From the NCBI GenBank assembly GCA_965235115.1, contig OZ249436.1, positions 2,730,001 through 2,794,000 on the forward strand: DNA of 64,000 bases. The letters are read 5' to 3'. The notes below the pieces were generated by a model. It was not told the origin of the DNA, did not search any database, and saw only the letters and a program-made list of their open reading frames with translations. Position 1 is the first letter of the stretch. Every line of letters starts with the position of its first letter. The position numbers were made by a program, and so were the translations under genes. Shown in pieces: positions 1-12,677 of this stretch. Source of the DNA: Laetmonice hystrix (Eukaryota).

Positions 1-197
1 ACCGAGATAGAGCCATTTCCTATGGTGTGGCGTGTCAGGGTCTCCACAGGCCTTCTGAGAGAGCCCCATTTGTGCCGTTATCCATGAAAAATTTTGATTT
101 CCTTTGTTGTGAATCTATTTCCATGATAGGTGGGATCACATATACGTCAACAAAATTAAAAATAAAAAAATTAAACTTTTTTCCACGAATAGCACCT
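1..197. mobile_element. Right part of a Kolobok-type non-autonomous element (same family as 51768-52079)
   Basis: Near-identical to ~51890-52079; ends ...ACGAATAGCACCT followed by TTAA (198-201). Confidence 0.75.
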
Positions 198-346
198 TTA
201 ATACTTCCAAATGATAGATGAAATGTATGAAGAAACGTTTACTGAAGTCAAATCATTTTATAATGTAATATATTAAGTTGGCATAGCTAAGTATACAAGA
301 ATCGAAATATTAGAAGATTTTCGTTCATAATGGTGAAAGCATATGA

Positions 347-562
<216 letters not shown>

Positions 563-864
563 ACTCTTCATCTCCGAGCCCATTTCATCATCCATCAGCC
601 ATCATCGCGACAAGTTCAATCAGACAAAAAAAAAACATCTCCTGGTTAGGTTACGTCAAGCTGACTGAGCCACGTATCCCTGCCTCATTATGTACCGTTT
701 GGCGACAAGTTACTCATAGGCTGGTGCCCCCCCCCCCCCTGCTAAAAATGTCCTTCCATCTGGTTAGATGCAGTTGGATGATTGTATAGGGTGTATATAT
801 ACAGAGAGATAATTGCCGAATTCTGTATGGTGGAGTTGTAGTTGTTTGGGTTTGCTGACTGCAG

Positions 865-1690
865 GTGTTCGTGAAACAGGAATACAAACACAGTATGAGT
901 GGAGGTAGACAAACTCTGATGTTCATGAAACAGGAATACAAACACAGTATGAGTGGAGGTAGACAAACTCTGGTGTTCATGAAACAGGAATACAAACACA
1001 GTATGAGTGGAGGTAGACAAACTCTGGTGTTCATGAAACAGGAATACAAACACAGTATGAGTGGAGGTAGACAAACTCTGGTGTTCATGAAACAGGAATA
1101 CAAACACAGTATGAGTGGAGGTAGACAAACTCTGGTGTTCATGAAACAGAAATATCAGAACACAGTATGAGTGGAGGTAGACAAACTCTGGTGTTCATGA
1201 AACAGAAATATAAACACAGTATGAGTGGAGGTAGACAAACTCTGGTGTTCATGAAACAGAAATATCAGAATACAGTATGAGTGGAGGTAGACAAACTCTG
1301 GTGTTCATGAAACAGAAATATAAACACAGTATGAGTGGAGGTAGACAAACTCTGGTGTTCATGAAACAGGAATATCAGAACACAGTATGAGTGGAGGTAG
1401 ACAAACTCTGGTGTTCATGAAACAGGAATATCAGAACACAGTATGAGTGGAGGTAGACAAACTCTGGTGTTCATGAAACAGGAATATCAGAACACAGTAT
1501 GAGTGGAGGTAGACAAACTCTGGTGTTCATGAAACAGGAATACAAACACAGTATGAGTGGAGGTAGACAAACTCTGGTGTTCATGAAACAGAAATTTCAG
1601 AACACAGTCTGAGTGGAGGTAGACTAACTCTGGTGTTCATGAAACAGAAATATCAGAACACAGTATGAGTGGATGTAGATAAACTCTGGT
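865..1690. repeat. Minisatellite, 54-56 bp unit, ~15 copies
   Basis: Unit gtgttcatgaaacaggaatacaaacacagtatgagtggaggtagacaaactctg. Confidence 0.95.
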
Positions 1691-1902
1691 ATATTTCTCT
1701 GTTAACCACATGGAGGGTGTTTGAGGGAAAGTGGCATCCAAATGTGGAATATTAAACCGTATATGCATTTATTTCATGTGAGCAGTGGTAAAGGAGTTGA
1801 AACAACACTTTCATTTAGAGGTTAGAATCTTTTGGTTCTGTACATTTCATTCTTGTGGTAATTCTTCACCGTACGCCATACTGAATCCATTTATGCAAGG
1901 TA

Positions 1903-3160
1903 GGTGTAAGTTTACATTTGGTGATCTACCAGTGTTGCAGAGAATTACCGTAGTCTTACTAAGGTATATGAGACTGTGGGCACAGTCAACTGGTCACTGA
2001 CATGGTGTAAGTTTACATTTGGTGATCTACCAGTGTGGCAGAGAATTACCGTAGTCTTACTAAGGTATATGACACTGTGGGCACAGTCAACTGGTCACTG
2101 ACATGGTGTAAGTTTACATTTGGTGATCTACCAGTGTGGCAGAGAATTACCCTAAGGTATATGAGACTGTGGGCACAGTCAACTGGTCACTGACATGGTG
2201 TAAGTTTACATTTGGTGATCTACACGTGTGGCAGAGAATTACCGTAGTCTTACTAAGGTATATGAGACTGTGGGCACAGTCAACTGGTCACTGACATGGT
2301 GTAAGTTTACATTTGGTGATCTACACGTGTGGCAGAGAATTACCGTAGTCTTACTAAGGTATATGACACTGTGGGCACAGTCAACTAGTCACTGACATGG
2401 TGTAAGTTTACATTTGGTGATCTACCAGTGTGGCAGAGAATTACCGTAGTCTTACTAAGGTTTATGACACTGTGGGCACAGTCAACTGGTCAATGGTGTA
2501 AGTTTACACTTGGTGATCTACCAGTGTGGCAGAGAATTACCGTAGTCTTACTAAGGTTTATGACACTGTGGGCACAGTCAACTGGTCACTGACATGGTGT
2601 AAGTTTACATTTGGTGATCTACCAGTGTGGCAGAGAATTACCGTAGTCTTACTAAGGTATATGACACTGTGGGCACAGTCAACTGGTCACTGACATGGTG
2701 TAAGTTTACATTTGGTGATCTACCAGTGTGGCAGAGAATTACCGTAGTCTTACTAAGGTTTATGACACTGTGGGCACAGTCAACTGGTCACTGACATGGT
2801 GTAAGTTTACATTTGGTGATCTACCAGTGTGGCAGAGAATTACCGTAGTCTTACTAAGGTATATGAGACTGTGGGCGCAGTCAACTGGTCACTGACATGG
2901 TGTAAGTTTACATTTGGTGATCTACCAGTGTGGCAGAGAATTACCGTAGTCTTACTAAGGTATATGACACTGTGGGCACAGTCAACTGGTCACTGACATG
3001 GTGTAAGTTTACATTTGGTGATCTACCAGTGTGGCAGAGAATTACCCTAAGGTATATGACACTGTGGGCACAGTCAACTGGTCACTGACATGGTGTAAGT
3101 TTACATTTGGTGATCTACCAGTGTGGCAGAGAATTACCCTAAGGTATATGACACTGTGGG
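1903..3160. repeat. Tandem repeat, ~102 bp unit (some shorter variants), ~12 copies
   Basis: Unit ggtgtaagtttacatttggtgatctaccagtgtggcagagaattaccgtagtcttactaaggtatatgacactgtgggcacagtcaactggtcactgacat. Confidence 0.95.
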
Positions 3161-3700
3161 GACAGACCACATGCGGGAATAAAATTATCATATCTGACAT
3201 ATAAGCCCTTTGGGCCGGGTGTATTTTTACACAATGTCAATAAAGATTTTCTGTCTGTCAACTGGTCACTGACATTGGGGTTAGTAAAAAGCCAGGGTTA
3301 CTTTCTTTCATATTACATTAAGTGCACTCCTGAATTACATCGGGTTTGGTGATGTTTGGTAATTGTGCAAAACCAATTACAATTTGTTTCACAATGATGT
3401 AATATCGCTATTTTATGAAATTTCTCGTGGACGTGAAGAAATGTTGAAAGAGAGAGAGAGTTAGAAATGGTACTGTCAATCTAGTCCTAATGCAAGGTAG
3501 ACTTTACTTATATTCTAGAAGCACTCAATTTATTGAAATATATGCTGGAAGGCAATTATCAGAAAAGTTTAACTAATTGATTATACTGCACAAGTTTGTG
3601 GGCAAACAAAAGCTAATATAACCAGTAGGCTAATATTATTAGGTCACGTAGATATAAAATATCACGTTGCATACATTGATGGTTTGTAGTTTACATATAT

Positions 3701-4345
3701 AATGTATTGGATAGTCTATGGAATGATGAATGAGATGGTTGACAAATGGTATACAATGTATTGGATAGTCTATGGAATGATGAATGAGATGGTTGACAAA
3801 TGGTATACAATGTATTGGATAGTCTATGGAATGATGAATGAGATGGTTGACAAATGGTATACAATGTATTGGATAGTCTATGGAATGATGAATGAGATGG
3901 TTGACAAATGGTATACAATGTATTGGATAGTCTATGGAATGAGGAATGAGATGGTTGACAAATGGTATACAATGTATTGGATAGTCTATGGAATGATGAA
4001 TGAGATGGTTGACAAATGGTATACAATGTATTGGATAGTCTATGGAATGATGAATGAGATGGTTGACAAATGGTATACAATGTATTGGATAGTCTATGGA
4101 ATGAGGAATGAGATGGTTGACAAATGGTTTACAATGTATTGGATAGTCTATGGAATGATGAATGAGATGGTTGACAAATGGTATACAATGTATTGGATAG
4201 TCTATGGAATGATGAATGAGATGGTTGACAAATGGTATACAATGTATTGGATAGTCTATGGAATGAGGAATGAGATGGTTGACAAATGGTATACAATGTA
4301 TTGGATAGTCTATGGAATGATGAATGAGATGGTTGACAAATGGTT
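3701..4345. repeat. Minisatellite, 54 bp unit, ~12 copies
   Basis: Unit aatgtattggatagtctatggaatgatgaatgagatggttgacaaatggtatac; produces spurious ORF 3702..4430. Confidence 0.95.
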
Positions 4346-4599
4346 CACCTACAGAAATCAGATTGTAGAGTACCTTCGTGTGGTAATATCAGTTAGTCGC
4401 TGCTGGTTGATGGAGTACAGTAGCGTATGAGGACATTGGTCCTTGACTGTGAGAAAACTTTGGCAGGTTAATATTGGCACCTCCTGGGTTGGAAACTTCA
4501 CACTTTATTAAATATTCACCTAAATTCGAAAAATTATAAGAAAATTCAAGAAATAAGGAATTTGTGCAGAGCTTGAGTCTGAGAAGAAAAAGTTTAACC

Positions 4600-5400
4600 C
4601 ACTTCTAAAATTTAAGCATTGCTATCATGGCTGGGTGGAAAGTTGTTAAACCGCCTCCCTCAGTCGCAGATAGGAGAGAGACGAAAGAAAATCAAGACTC
4701 TGAAATGGTCAATGAGAATTTCCGATTTGTTTGATGAACGCCATTCAACAAACCACCCGGGGGGTTCATAATGTATCCTGTATGAGTTGGGGCCTTTCAG
4801 GGACCAAAACGGCCAATATCATGCTGTGAGACTTTGTTAACGGCATAGAGAGGGGAACCTATAATTGTTAAATTATTCAGCCAGCTGTAGTTTGTATATC
4901 TAGTGACAAATGTATGGATAGTTGAGGTAATGGCTTACCTTATAAAGGTTGTCCCGGTAACTGGTTCTAGTGTGAAGATACATGTGGCCAACGCCTTGCT
5001 GTTCCAGGATGAAAGAGGTAGCGAGTATCTGACAGAACAAAATCTAAAGGATTTACCACAGTTCTTGGTCTTTATGAGTTGACTTTTTGTGTGAATGAAG
5101 GTTATCATGGGGAAAACGGTTGGGAATTACTAGTTTTAGATCAATGGGGATTTCATGTTTGCTATCTGTTGAAGGTTCTCAGTCTCAAGCACTGAGGTAG
5201 TACTTGATGTCACCATTATCAAATGGGAATTGACAGACTTTGAGCTAGTTCTTGCTTCAATACGTTAGACGATTGGAATCAATGTCAGGTTCTGATGAAG
5301 GCAAACAAACCAGAGAATGGGTTGCTCCGTTATTTGGCGAGGTCTGAAAGGCCATAGAGCAGTTGAAAATGGTCATGGAAGGGAGGTGAGAATTAAAGAT
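4600..5400 (-). mobile_element. Highly decayed LINE (CR1/L2-like) reverse transcriptase remnant
   Basis: The minus strand has broken segments in the order expected for RT: ELAQSLS.P-like, Q.G...TQL-like, A.NKVS (AFDKV-like), YRI/YGI-like, W....ID..S. Many frameshifts; boundaries approximate. Confidence 0.4.
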
Positions 5401-6393
5401 GCTGTGAACGGTGTACACTTGGTAAGTTATGATCAGGTAAATGGTGAATTCTAAAACATAAATAAATTTAGAGTAGAAAAGCTGTTTGTGAAACGCCCAA
5501 CGGAAATGGTGGACGTACTGTGAAAAATAACTTGGTAAGGGTATGTATGATATAAAGTCAGACTCATTGTTGTATGGTCATATCAAATAGAACCACTTCC
5601 ATTTTGAAACTTTTAGAAAGTTCGTGGTAACATAAAGATAGTTCTAAACATCGTGTGTAATCGGCACATGGAACTATCTCAGGTGAAACCGAATTTCTGG
5701 TACCTGCAACTTCTACTTGACCTGTCTGCCTGTGATTCAGTGAACTGTGGCAGCTGAGAGATTTCTGAGTGATCAACCTGGCTAAATCACAGAGGGCAGT
5801 CGGACACCGAATATCAGGTTTTGAGATGTGCTGGTTCCATTGCTGGCATAGTGTGTTTCTACCAATAGCTGCTGTCCTTGACTGTGTCCTTGCATGCTAA
5901 CATAGCTGTCTCAGGGTTGAACCTGGTCAAATCAAAGTGATATTATATGGTCCTGTCTGTACGTAGTGCTCCTTCAGGCCTTTCCTGCTCAGTATCTTCC
6001 AACATCAGCCAAGCTAAATATGCAGCCATTTAATTTGTCCACGCGTAGCACCACAGTAAACTGTCTTAGACCTGTACGAGAATTGCCTTATCTTGAGTTG
6101 CATATGGTGAAAATATACTATATTTTAAAGTTTTGTTTTAATTTTGAAATAACATTATGTGGGCTTTTTCTAGTTTTGGGCATTTACATAGAGTGTGATA
6201 TTAAAGGGAGCAGAAATTAATTGTTTGGTCAGCTCTCGAAAAAAAAACATAAATCGGTCTGAAATTATTTAGTCCCCATGTGTCTAATTACTACATGTAC
6301 TTTTTGTGTGTGTACCACAGTAATTAGGACGATTGTAGGCTGATTGTCATGTTCCTTGTGTCTCTTGAGTGAAGAGCACTTGTTAAATCTTGT

Positions 6394-7810
6394 TAATCTA
6401 ACCTCGATCCCGACACATCCCACAAAACTTGTCCCGATCCCTTGCTTCTAATCTAACCTCAATCCTGACACATCCCACAAAACTTGTCCCAATCCCTTGC
6501 TACTAAACTAACCTCGATCTCGACACATCCCACAAAACTTGTCCCGATCACTTGCTCCTAATCTAACCTCGATCCCGACACATCCCACAAAACTTGTCCC
6601 GATCCCTTGCTCCTAATCTAACCTCGATCCCGACACATCCCACAAAACTTGTCCCGATCTCTTGCTCCTAATCTAACCTCAATCCCGACACATCCCACAA
6701 ACTTGTCCCGATCCCTTGCTACTAAACTAACCTCGATCCCGACACATCCCACAAAGATCCCGACACATCCCACAAAACTTGTTCCGATCCCTTGCTACTA
6801 AACTAACCTCGATCCCGACACATCCCACAAAACTTGTCCCGATCACTTGCTCCTAATCTAACCTCAATCCCGACACACCCCGCAAAACTTGTCCCAATCC
6901 CTTGCTCCTAATCTAACCTCGATCCCGACACATCCCACAAAACTTGTCCCGATCCCTTGCTCCTAATCTAACCTCGATCCCGACACATCCCACAAAACTT
7001 GTCCCGATCCCTTGCTCCTGATCTAACCTCAATCCCGACACATCCCACAAAACTTGTCCCAATCCCTTGCTACTAAACTAACCTCGATCCCGACACATCC
7101 CACAAAACTTGTCCCAATCCCTTGCTCCTAATCTAACCTTGATCCCGACACATCCCACAAAACTTGTCCCAATCCCTTGCTCCTAAAACTAACCTCGATC
7201 CCGACACATCCCACAAAACTTGTCCCAATCCCTTGCTCCTAATCTAACCTCGATCCCGACACATCCCACAAAACTTGTCCCGATCCCTTGCTCCTAATCT
7301 AACCTCGATCCCGACACATCCCACAAAACTTGTCCCGATCCCTTGCTCCTAATCTAACCTCGATCCCGACACATTCCACAAAACTTGTCCCGATCCCTTG
7401 CTCCTAATCTAACCTCGATCCCGACACATCCCACAAAACTTGTCCCGATCCCTTGCTCCTAATCTAACCTCGATCCCGACACATCCCACAAAACTTGTCC
7501 CGATCCCTTGCTCCTAATCTAACCTCGATCCCGACACATCCCACAAAACTTGTCCCGACCCCCTGCTCCTGATCTAACCTCGATCCCGACACATCCCACA
7601 AAACTTGTCCCGATCCTGACACATCCCACAAAACTTGTCCCGATCCTGACACATCCCACAAAACTTGTCCCGATCCCTTGCTTCTAATCTAACCTCGATC
7701 CCGACACATCCCACAAAACTTGTCCCGATCCTGACACATCCCACAAAACTTGTACCGATCCTGACACATCCCACAAAACTTGTCCCGATCCCTTGCTCCT
7801 AATCTAACCT
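6394..7810. repeat. Minisatellite, 55 bp unit with 30 bp internal sub-repeat, ~25 units
   Basis: Unit taatctaacctcgatcccgacacatcccacaaaacttgtcccgatcccttgctcc. Confidence 0.95.
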
Positions 7811-8889
7811 TCCTCATTCCTAGTAGGAATGTGAGTGTGAATGTGACCATGGGTATAAACTTGGAGGATTGCGTGTTGTGCTCACTAACTAGGAGCGTGA
7901 TGCCTTTACCTGTGACAGATGTAGTGAATGCTCTAATTAAATGGCATAACATTTATGTATGACCATTAAAATTATACCTGTTATAAAGACAGGTATAAAG
8001 TCGCCTTGTATGAACCGGTTTATAGTAACAAATGTTGCCTTGTTATAAATATGGTTAAGATAACGTTTCTGAATTTATTGTACCTATTCGCTTACATTTC
8101 TTCCATTTCACCAATTAATTAGAATTATATTCTGTAGGTGCCATATTATATATCAAACATGTCGGTCCAACATTACCAGGCGTAATGTACAATCTAGCAG
8201 GTATATTATAGAGAATGGTGTACGAAGCAAAAGGTAGACCAGAATAACGTGTGTACATGGACCTTAAATCAAAATTACATTATAAAAAAAAACTAGATTT
8301 ATTACAGAGACAACATATTTGTCGGAGTTTAGTTAGGGGTGTATAAATTATGTTGAAATTATTGATAGTCATAGTTTCAAACTTCAAACTGAAGTGAACT
8401 AATGGGAACATGTTGGCAAACCTTATAAAGTGTAATCATCATGTTCGGTCAAATTGTATTAAACTTTACACAATGATCTGGAATGGATTGGGAATGATGC
8501 ATGTCAAATAGATTTCTGATATCATTCAAAATGGCTGCTTGACAGCCATCTTGGAAACACGTTCGAAAACGATCCCAGTTTCTTTAGATGTACATGTACA
8601 TGTATCCAATATGGCGACATGGTGGCCATAAGAAGGATATTATGATCTGTCGTTTGATACAATTGTCTCTGATGTAGCATGACGTAAAATGGTCATGACA
8701 TCATCAACAGATATATGGCTATATCTTGAAAATACTAGAAGAAAAGGCTATAGTTACCATTAAGCATAATATAGGAAGTCGTATGCCCTTTCGTTTCACA
8801 CCATTAATGATAACATAGGAGGACGTATTCTTCATGCATCAACTACCCCGGTACTCTTTGTGATGGATAGAAAGACGTTTCATTTGGGA

Positions 8890-9093
8890 TTATGTTCACC
8901 TTGAATCACCTTCCAATACATAGTTTTTTATTTTTCAACCTTGAGTCACCTTCCAGTACATAGCGACAATCATATGTTCAACCTTGAGTCACCTATCAAT
9001 ACATAGTGACAATCATATGTTCACCTTGAGTCACCTTCCAATACATAGCGACAATCATATGTTCAACCTTGAGTCGCGACACTCATATGTTCA
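8890..9093. repeat. Short tandem repeat ~42-43 bp
   Basis: tatgttcaaccttgagtcaccttccaatacatagcgacaatca repeated ~4-5 times. Confidence 0.8.
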
Positions 9094-9410
9094 AGAGGTC
9101 TTGTTGTTGGGGACTGTAAATTTCACAAGCTTGTAACCTGTGTTTCGATCAGGGTGTTCCTCAGTATTCACTTCAGTTATACTCACACTGATGACATAGT
9201 GCACCGAGGTGAAGCGTATTTTAGGATTCATTCCTGTTGTGAATTCAAGAATTTGATTCCAGTGCACATTGAATCGCTTCAATGCATGTTGGACCTCTCG
9301 TCTGAAATGGTACGAATTCTGGAATGTACATTCGGAGTCTAGCGTGAAAAGTGTATTGATTTAATGATGGCTCTTGGGCCTGCGTTCATGTGTCTTGTGT
9401 TAGCAGATCT

Positions 9411-9516
9411 GGGGTGCGTTTCACAACCTGTCATAAGCTTGTATCGTAAACACCAATGCATTTTCAATGGGGATTTTTACCCAAGACAGGGTTACGATTG
9501 TTGTGAAAGGCACCCC
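9411..9516. mobile_element. Small MITE-like inverted-repeat element
   Basis: ggggtgcgtttcacaa ... ttgtgaaaggcacccc terminal inverted repeats; TSD not clear. Confidence 0.5.
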
Positions 9517-10436
9517 AATATTGTCGATATGGCTTGTGTTTGAAACACTGATTATCGAGGAAATCGTTATTTTTCAGAACTTTAGTGTATATATATATTA
9601 TGTATGATTTATGTCGCACAATATCATGTAGAAATGTGATGTGGTGCCAAAAACAAAACGGACCACCTGTTGACCTGCCGATTTTTTAGTCTGGTGAAAT
9701 AGCACGAGGTGGTCGAGTATACCTATGGCATAATTCGATAACTTTACTGCAACAGATTTTTTAAACATTTTTTCTTGGTAATGTACCACAGCAGGTGTAG
9801 CTTTTTGTTTTTGTTTTGTTTGGGTATGGGTGGGATTTCATGCATTGTATAATGTAATTACCGGTAGTAAAAATGGCGGTAGCTGAATGCACAAATTGGG
9901 TTGTATCTTATAGTGGTAGTTGATACGTTATTACCGTTTGTTTGCAATGATGGGAGATAGTTGAAGTGTGTGTTCCGTTGACGACGGAGGTGAAAAGAAG
10001 ATACAGTAGAAAACGTATGAAAAGTGACCCAATGGAAGCATACTATTACATGTATAATACAGATTGATACATTACTAAATGCACATATGTGCCTACTGCA
10101 AGCATAGGGAAAACCTGCACGCACCAGATGCTAATGTTTTTCGTTTTGTATCGGGAATATTGAATGAATGATTGAGAAACACATGTTATAATGCGGGATA
10201 ACAATAAAGTTTATGTTTACATTACAACTTTTCTGTGATGTTTTAGAGATACCGACCATGATTATCCAAATTTTGACATAGTGATATTGTTAGAGAGCTT
10301 CCCACAGGATTACTGCACTAGATTTCGTTACATTTATATTTTCATAGATCCCCAAACGATGCCAAATCAAGATTTAGTCACAATCGTATTGTACAGAGCT
10401 CCCCGCATGACCATTTCGTCACAGGCATATGGTTAG

Positions 10437-10949
10437 TACGGAAACGTATTGCTGCCTTATGAAGAAAAAAAAATTCGATGACTTAGTAAGTCGTACGTAC
10501 GACTTAGTAAGTCGTACGTACGACTTAGTATCTCGTACGTACGACTTAGTATCTCGTACGTACGACTTAGTATCTCGTACGTACGACTTAGTAAGTCGTA
10601 TGTAAGACTTACTAAGTCGTACGTAGTAAGTCGTACGTACGACTTAGTAACTCGTACGTACGACTTAGTAACTCGTATGTACGACTGAAGAACGCATGCG
10701 CACGTCACTCGCACTGCTCATCAACATGGCAGCGGCTGAGGCAGTCTGCCTTCATTTTATAATGGGCCTCAAGCACGCTGACATTTTAGAATGTCTTGCC
10801 CATATCTATGGAAGCGTATTGCTGCCACATGAAGAAAAAATAATAATTGTAAAAATAATAATAAGTCGTACGTACGAGATACTAAGTCGTACGTTACTAA
10901 GTCGTACAAACAATTTTTGTTCTTCATGAGGCAGCAATACGCTTCCGTA
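10437..10949. mobile_element. Non-autonomous TIR element with TACGG...CCGTA ends (IS3EU-like) and internal 21-bp palindromic repeats
   Basis: ~30 bp TIRs (tacggaaacgtattgctgccttatgaagaa / ttcttcatgaggcagcaatacgcttccgta); second left TIR at 10807; repeats with a gtcgtacgtacgac core; short ORF MAAAEAVCLHFIMGLKHADILECLAHI. Confidence 0.7.
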
Positions 10950-12677
10950 GTACTCCACATGATGCCTATACAACATTTTGTGACGATAATATTGTTAGAG
11001 CTGTCCACATGATGACGATACAAGATTTTGTGACGATAATATTGTTAGAGCTGTCCACATGATGACCATACAAGATTTTGTTATATTTTGAGAGATCCTT
11101 GAAATTCCCACTCGATGATTTCGTTACAGAGTAACACTGTTGGAGGTCCCCAAGATGACTATTTTTAAAAATGTTGGCACAGCTATTTTGTTGCATAATG
11201 AGTGCCCAATACTTCAGGACAGTAACATTGTATTACAGAATCTCCTCTGCCTTGCTATGTACAGTCAGGCGATTCTTTGGATCTGGGATTCATTTTAATA
11301 AGGCTTACCTAAAAATGACGAGGCCGTTCTATTTATAATGTGAAATAGGCTGAAGCATCAGGGGCAATTTTATTTTTACTACAAGTCCAAAACGAGTTTT
11401 TTTTTAACGAGTGCAAAATAGTCGACACATTTCTTTATTCTGTGATTGTGAAAGTGCGAGTTCTAAGAGTTCATTGTGCAATCTGTGTTTCGGCCATTCA
11501 CGCGGCAATTCTTTTCAATCGTACCCTTCTTAAATGACAGCTATACAAGGAATAAGACTTCTGTATTCAGGGCTTTTATTAACTATTTTCCCTACCTAGG
11601 TCATGACTTCCATGATTTTCATTTGGAAGTTCATTTTGGAAAACACTGGGGTCTTTGGACTTCCAACAATATTTTTTCAGGACCCGTCTCCTTAGTCGCT
11701 TTTGGTGCTATCACCATTCAAAATAAATGATCTTCAATTTGACAGAAAAGGCAGGGAACTGTAGGGGGCATCTGACTGCATTCTAGTGTGATATAGAGTC
11801 CCAAGTCAGCAGGAGTCCTACTGGCGTAAATGGAGTCGGATGATACAGATCAGGACGCTTTTTTCACGCTTTTTCTGTCTGCATATATAATTGAATTTAC
11901 AGGCGTTTTTCACTCTATTTCAATGGTTTCCATACGTAATAGACGCTGTACTCGGGCTTTAATAATGAAAGTACTGGCGTTTATTCACAATCAAATTATA
12001 ATACATTATGCTAAACAACATTATGTTGACTGAGAATGAATGAACTCATACATAATAAGTAGTCTTATTCTGCAATCCCCATACACGTCTTACCATGCAA
12101 TATGGTGTGTATTGTACCAATTTTTGGTTTGACTTTGCAGTTACTTGGCTTCTCACACACAACGACAGAGGCAATGTTTTGCACAAAACCAAAGGAACAG
12201 ACCCTGTTTCATCATATAAACAGTTCTGGCAAACATTAAACCATGCAACCAATGCCTGACCTGGCAAACATGAAACCATGCAACCAATGCCTGACCTGGC
12301 AAACATGAAACCATGCAACCAATGCCTGACCTGACAAATATTAAACCATGCAAGCAATGCCTGACTTATTAAACATAGTGTGGAAGATATCTGGCATCGT
12401 GTGCTGATCTCAACACTAATAATCTGAATACAAGGGTGCCATTAGATTGATTCAACCCAGAACATGTATCAGGACCATCGTTTTCTTCTTGGGTTTTTAA
12501 ATCAAACTTTTAATACAACTGCAGGATCTTTTTTTCTTTCAATATTTACAAAATGACTATACAATATCAGTAACAAGAAAGCAATATCCTTCTCAATACC
12601 CAGTTATCTGGAATGTCTGTCTTGTTCTTGTATCTTGAGCACCTCATACAATTCTAATCACCTGGTCACAGAACGTG

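Noticed and set aside
3702..4430. 242-aa ORF and other repeat ORFs (714..1170, 13595..14097, 41627..42185, 61836..62626, 62998..63480)
   Set aside because: Translations of minisatellites/microsatellites with unit lengths divisible by 3; no coding context.
865..7810. CRISPR-like arrays
   Set aside because: Units are head-to-tail with no unique spacers; eukaryotic context, no cas genes.
8520..8830. Possible Helitron-associated repeat (aaaatggctgc...cagccatcttg hairpin)
   Set aside because: No definable ends or second full copy in the window.
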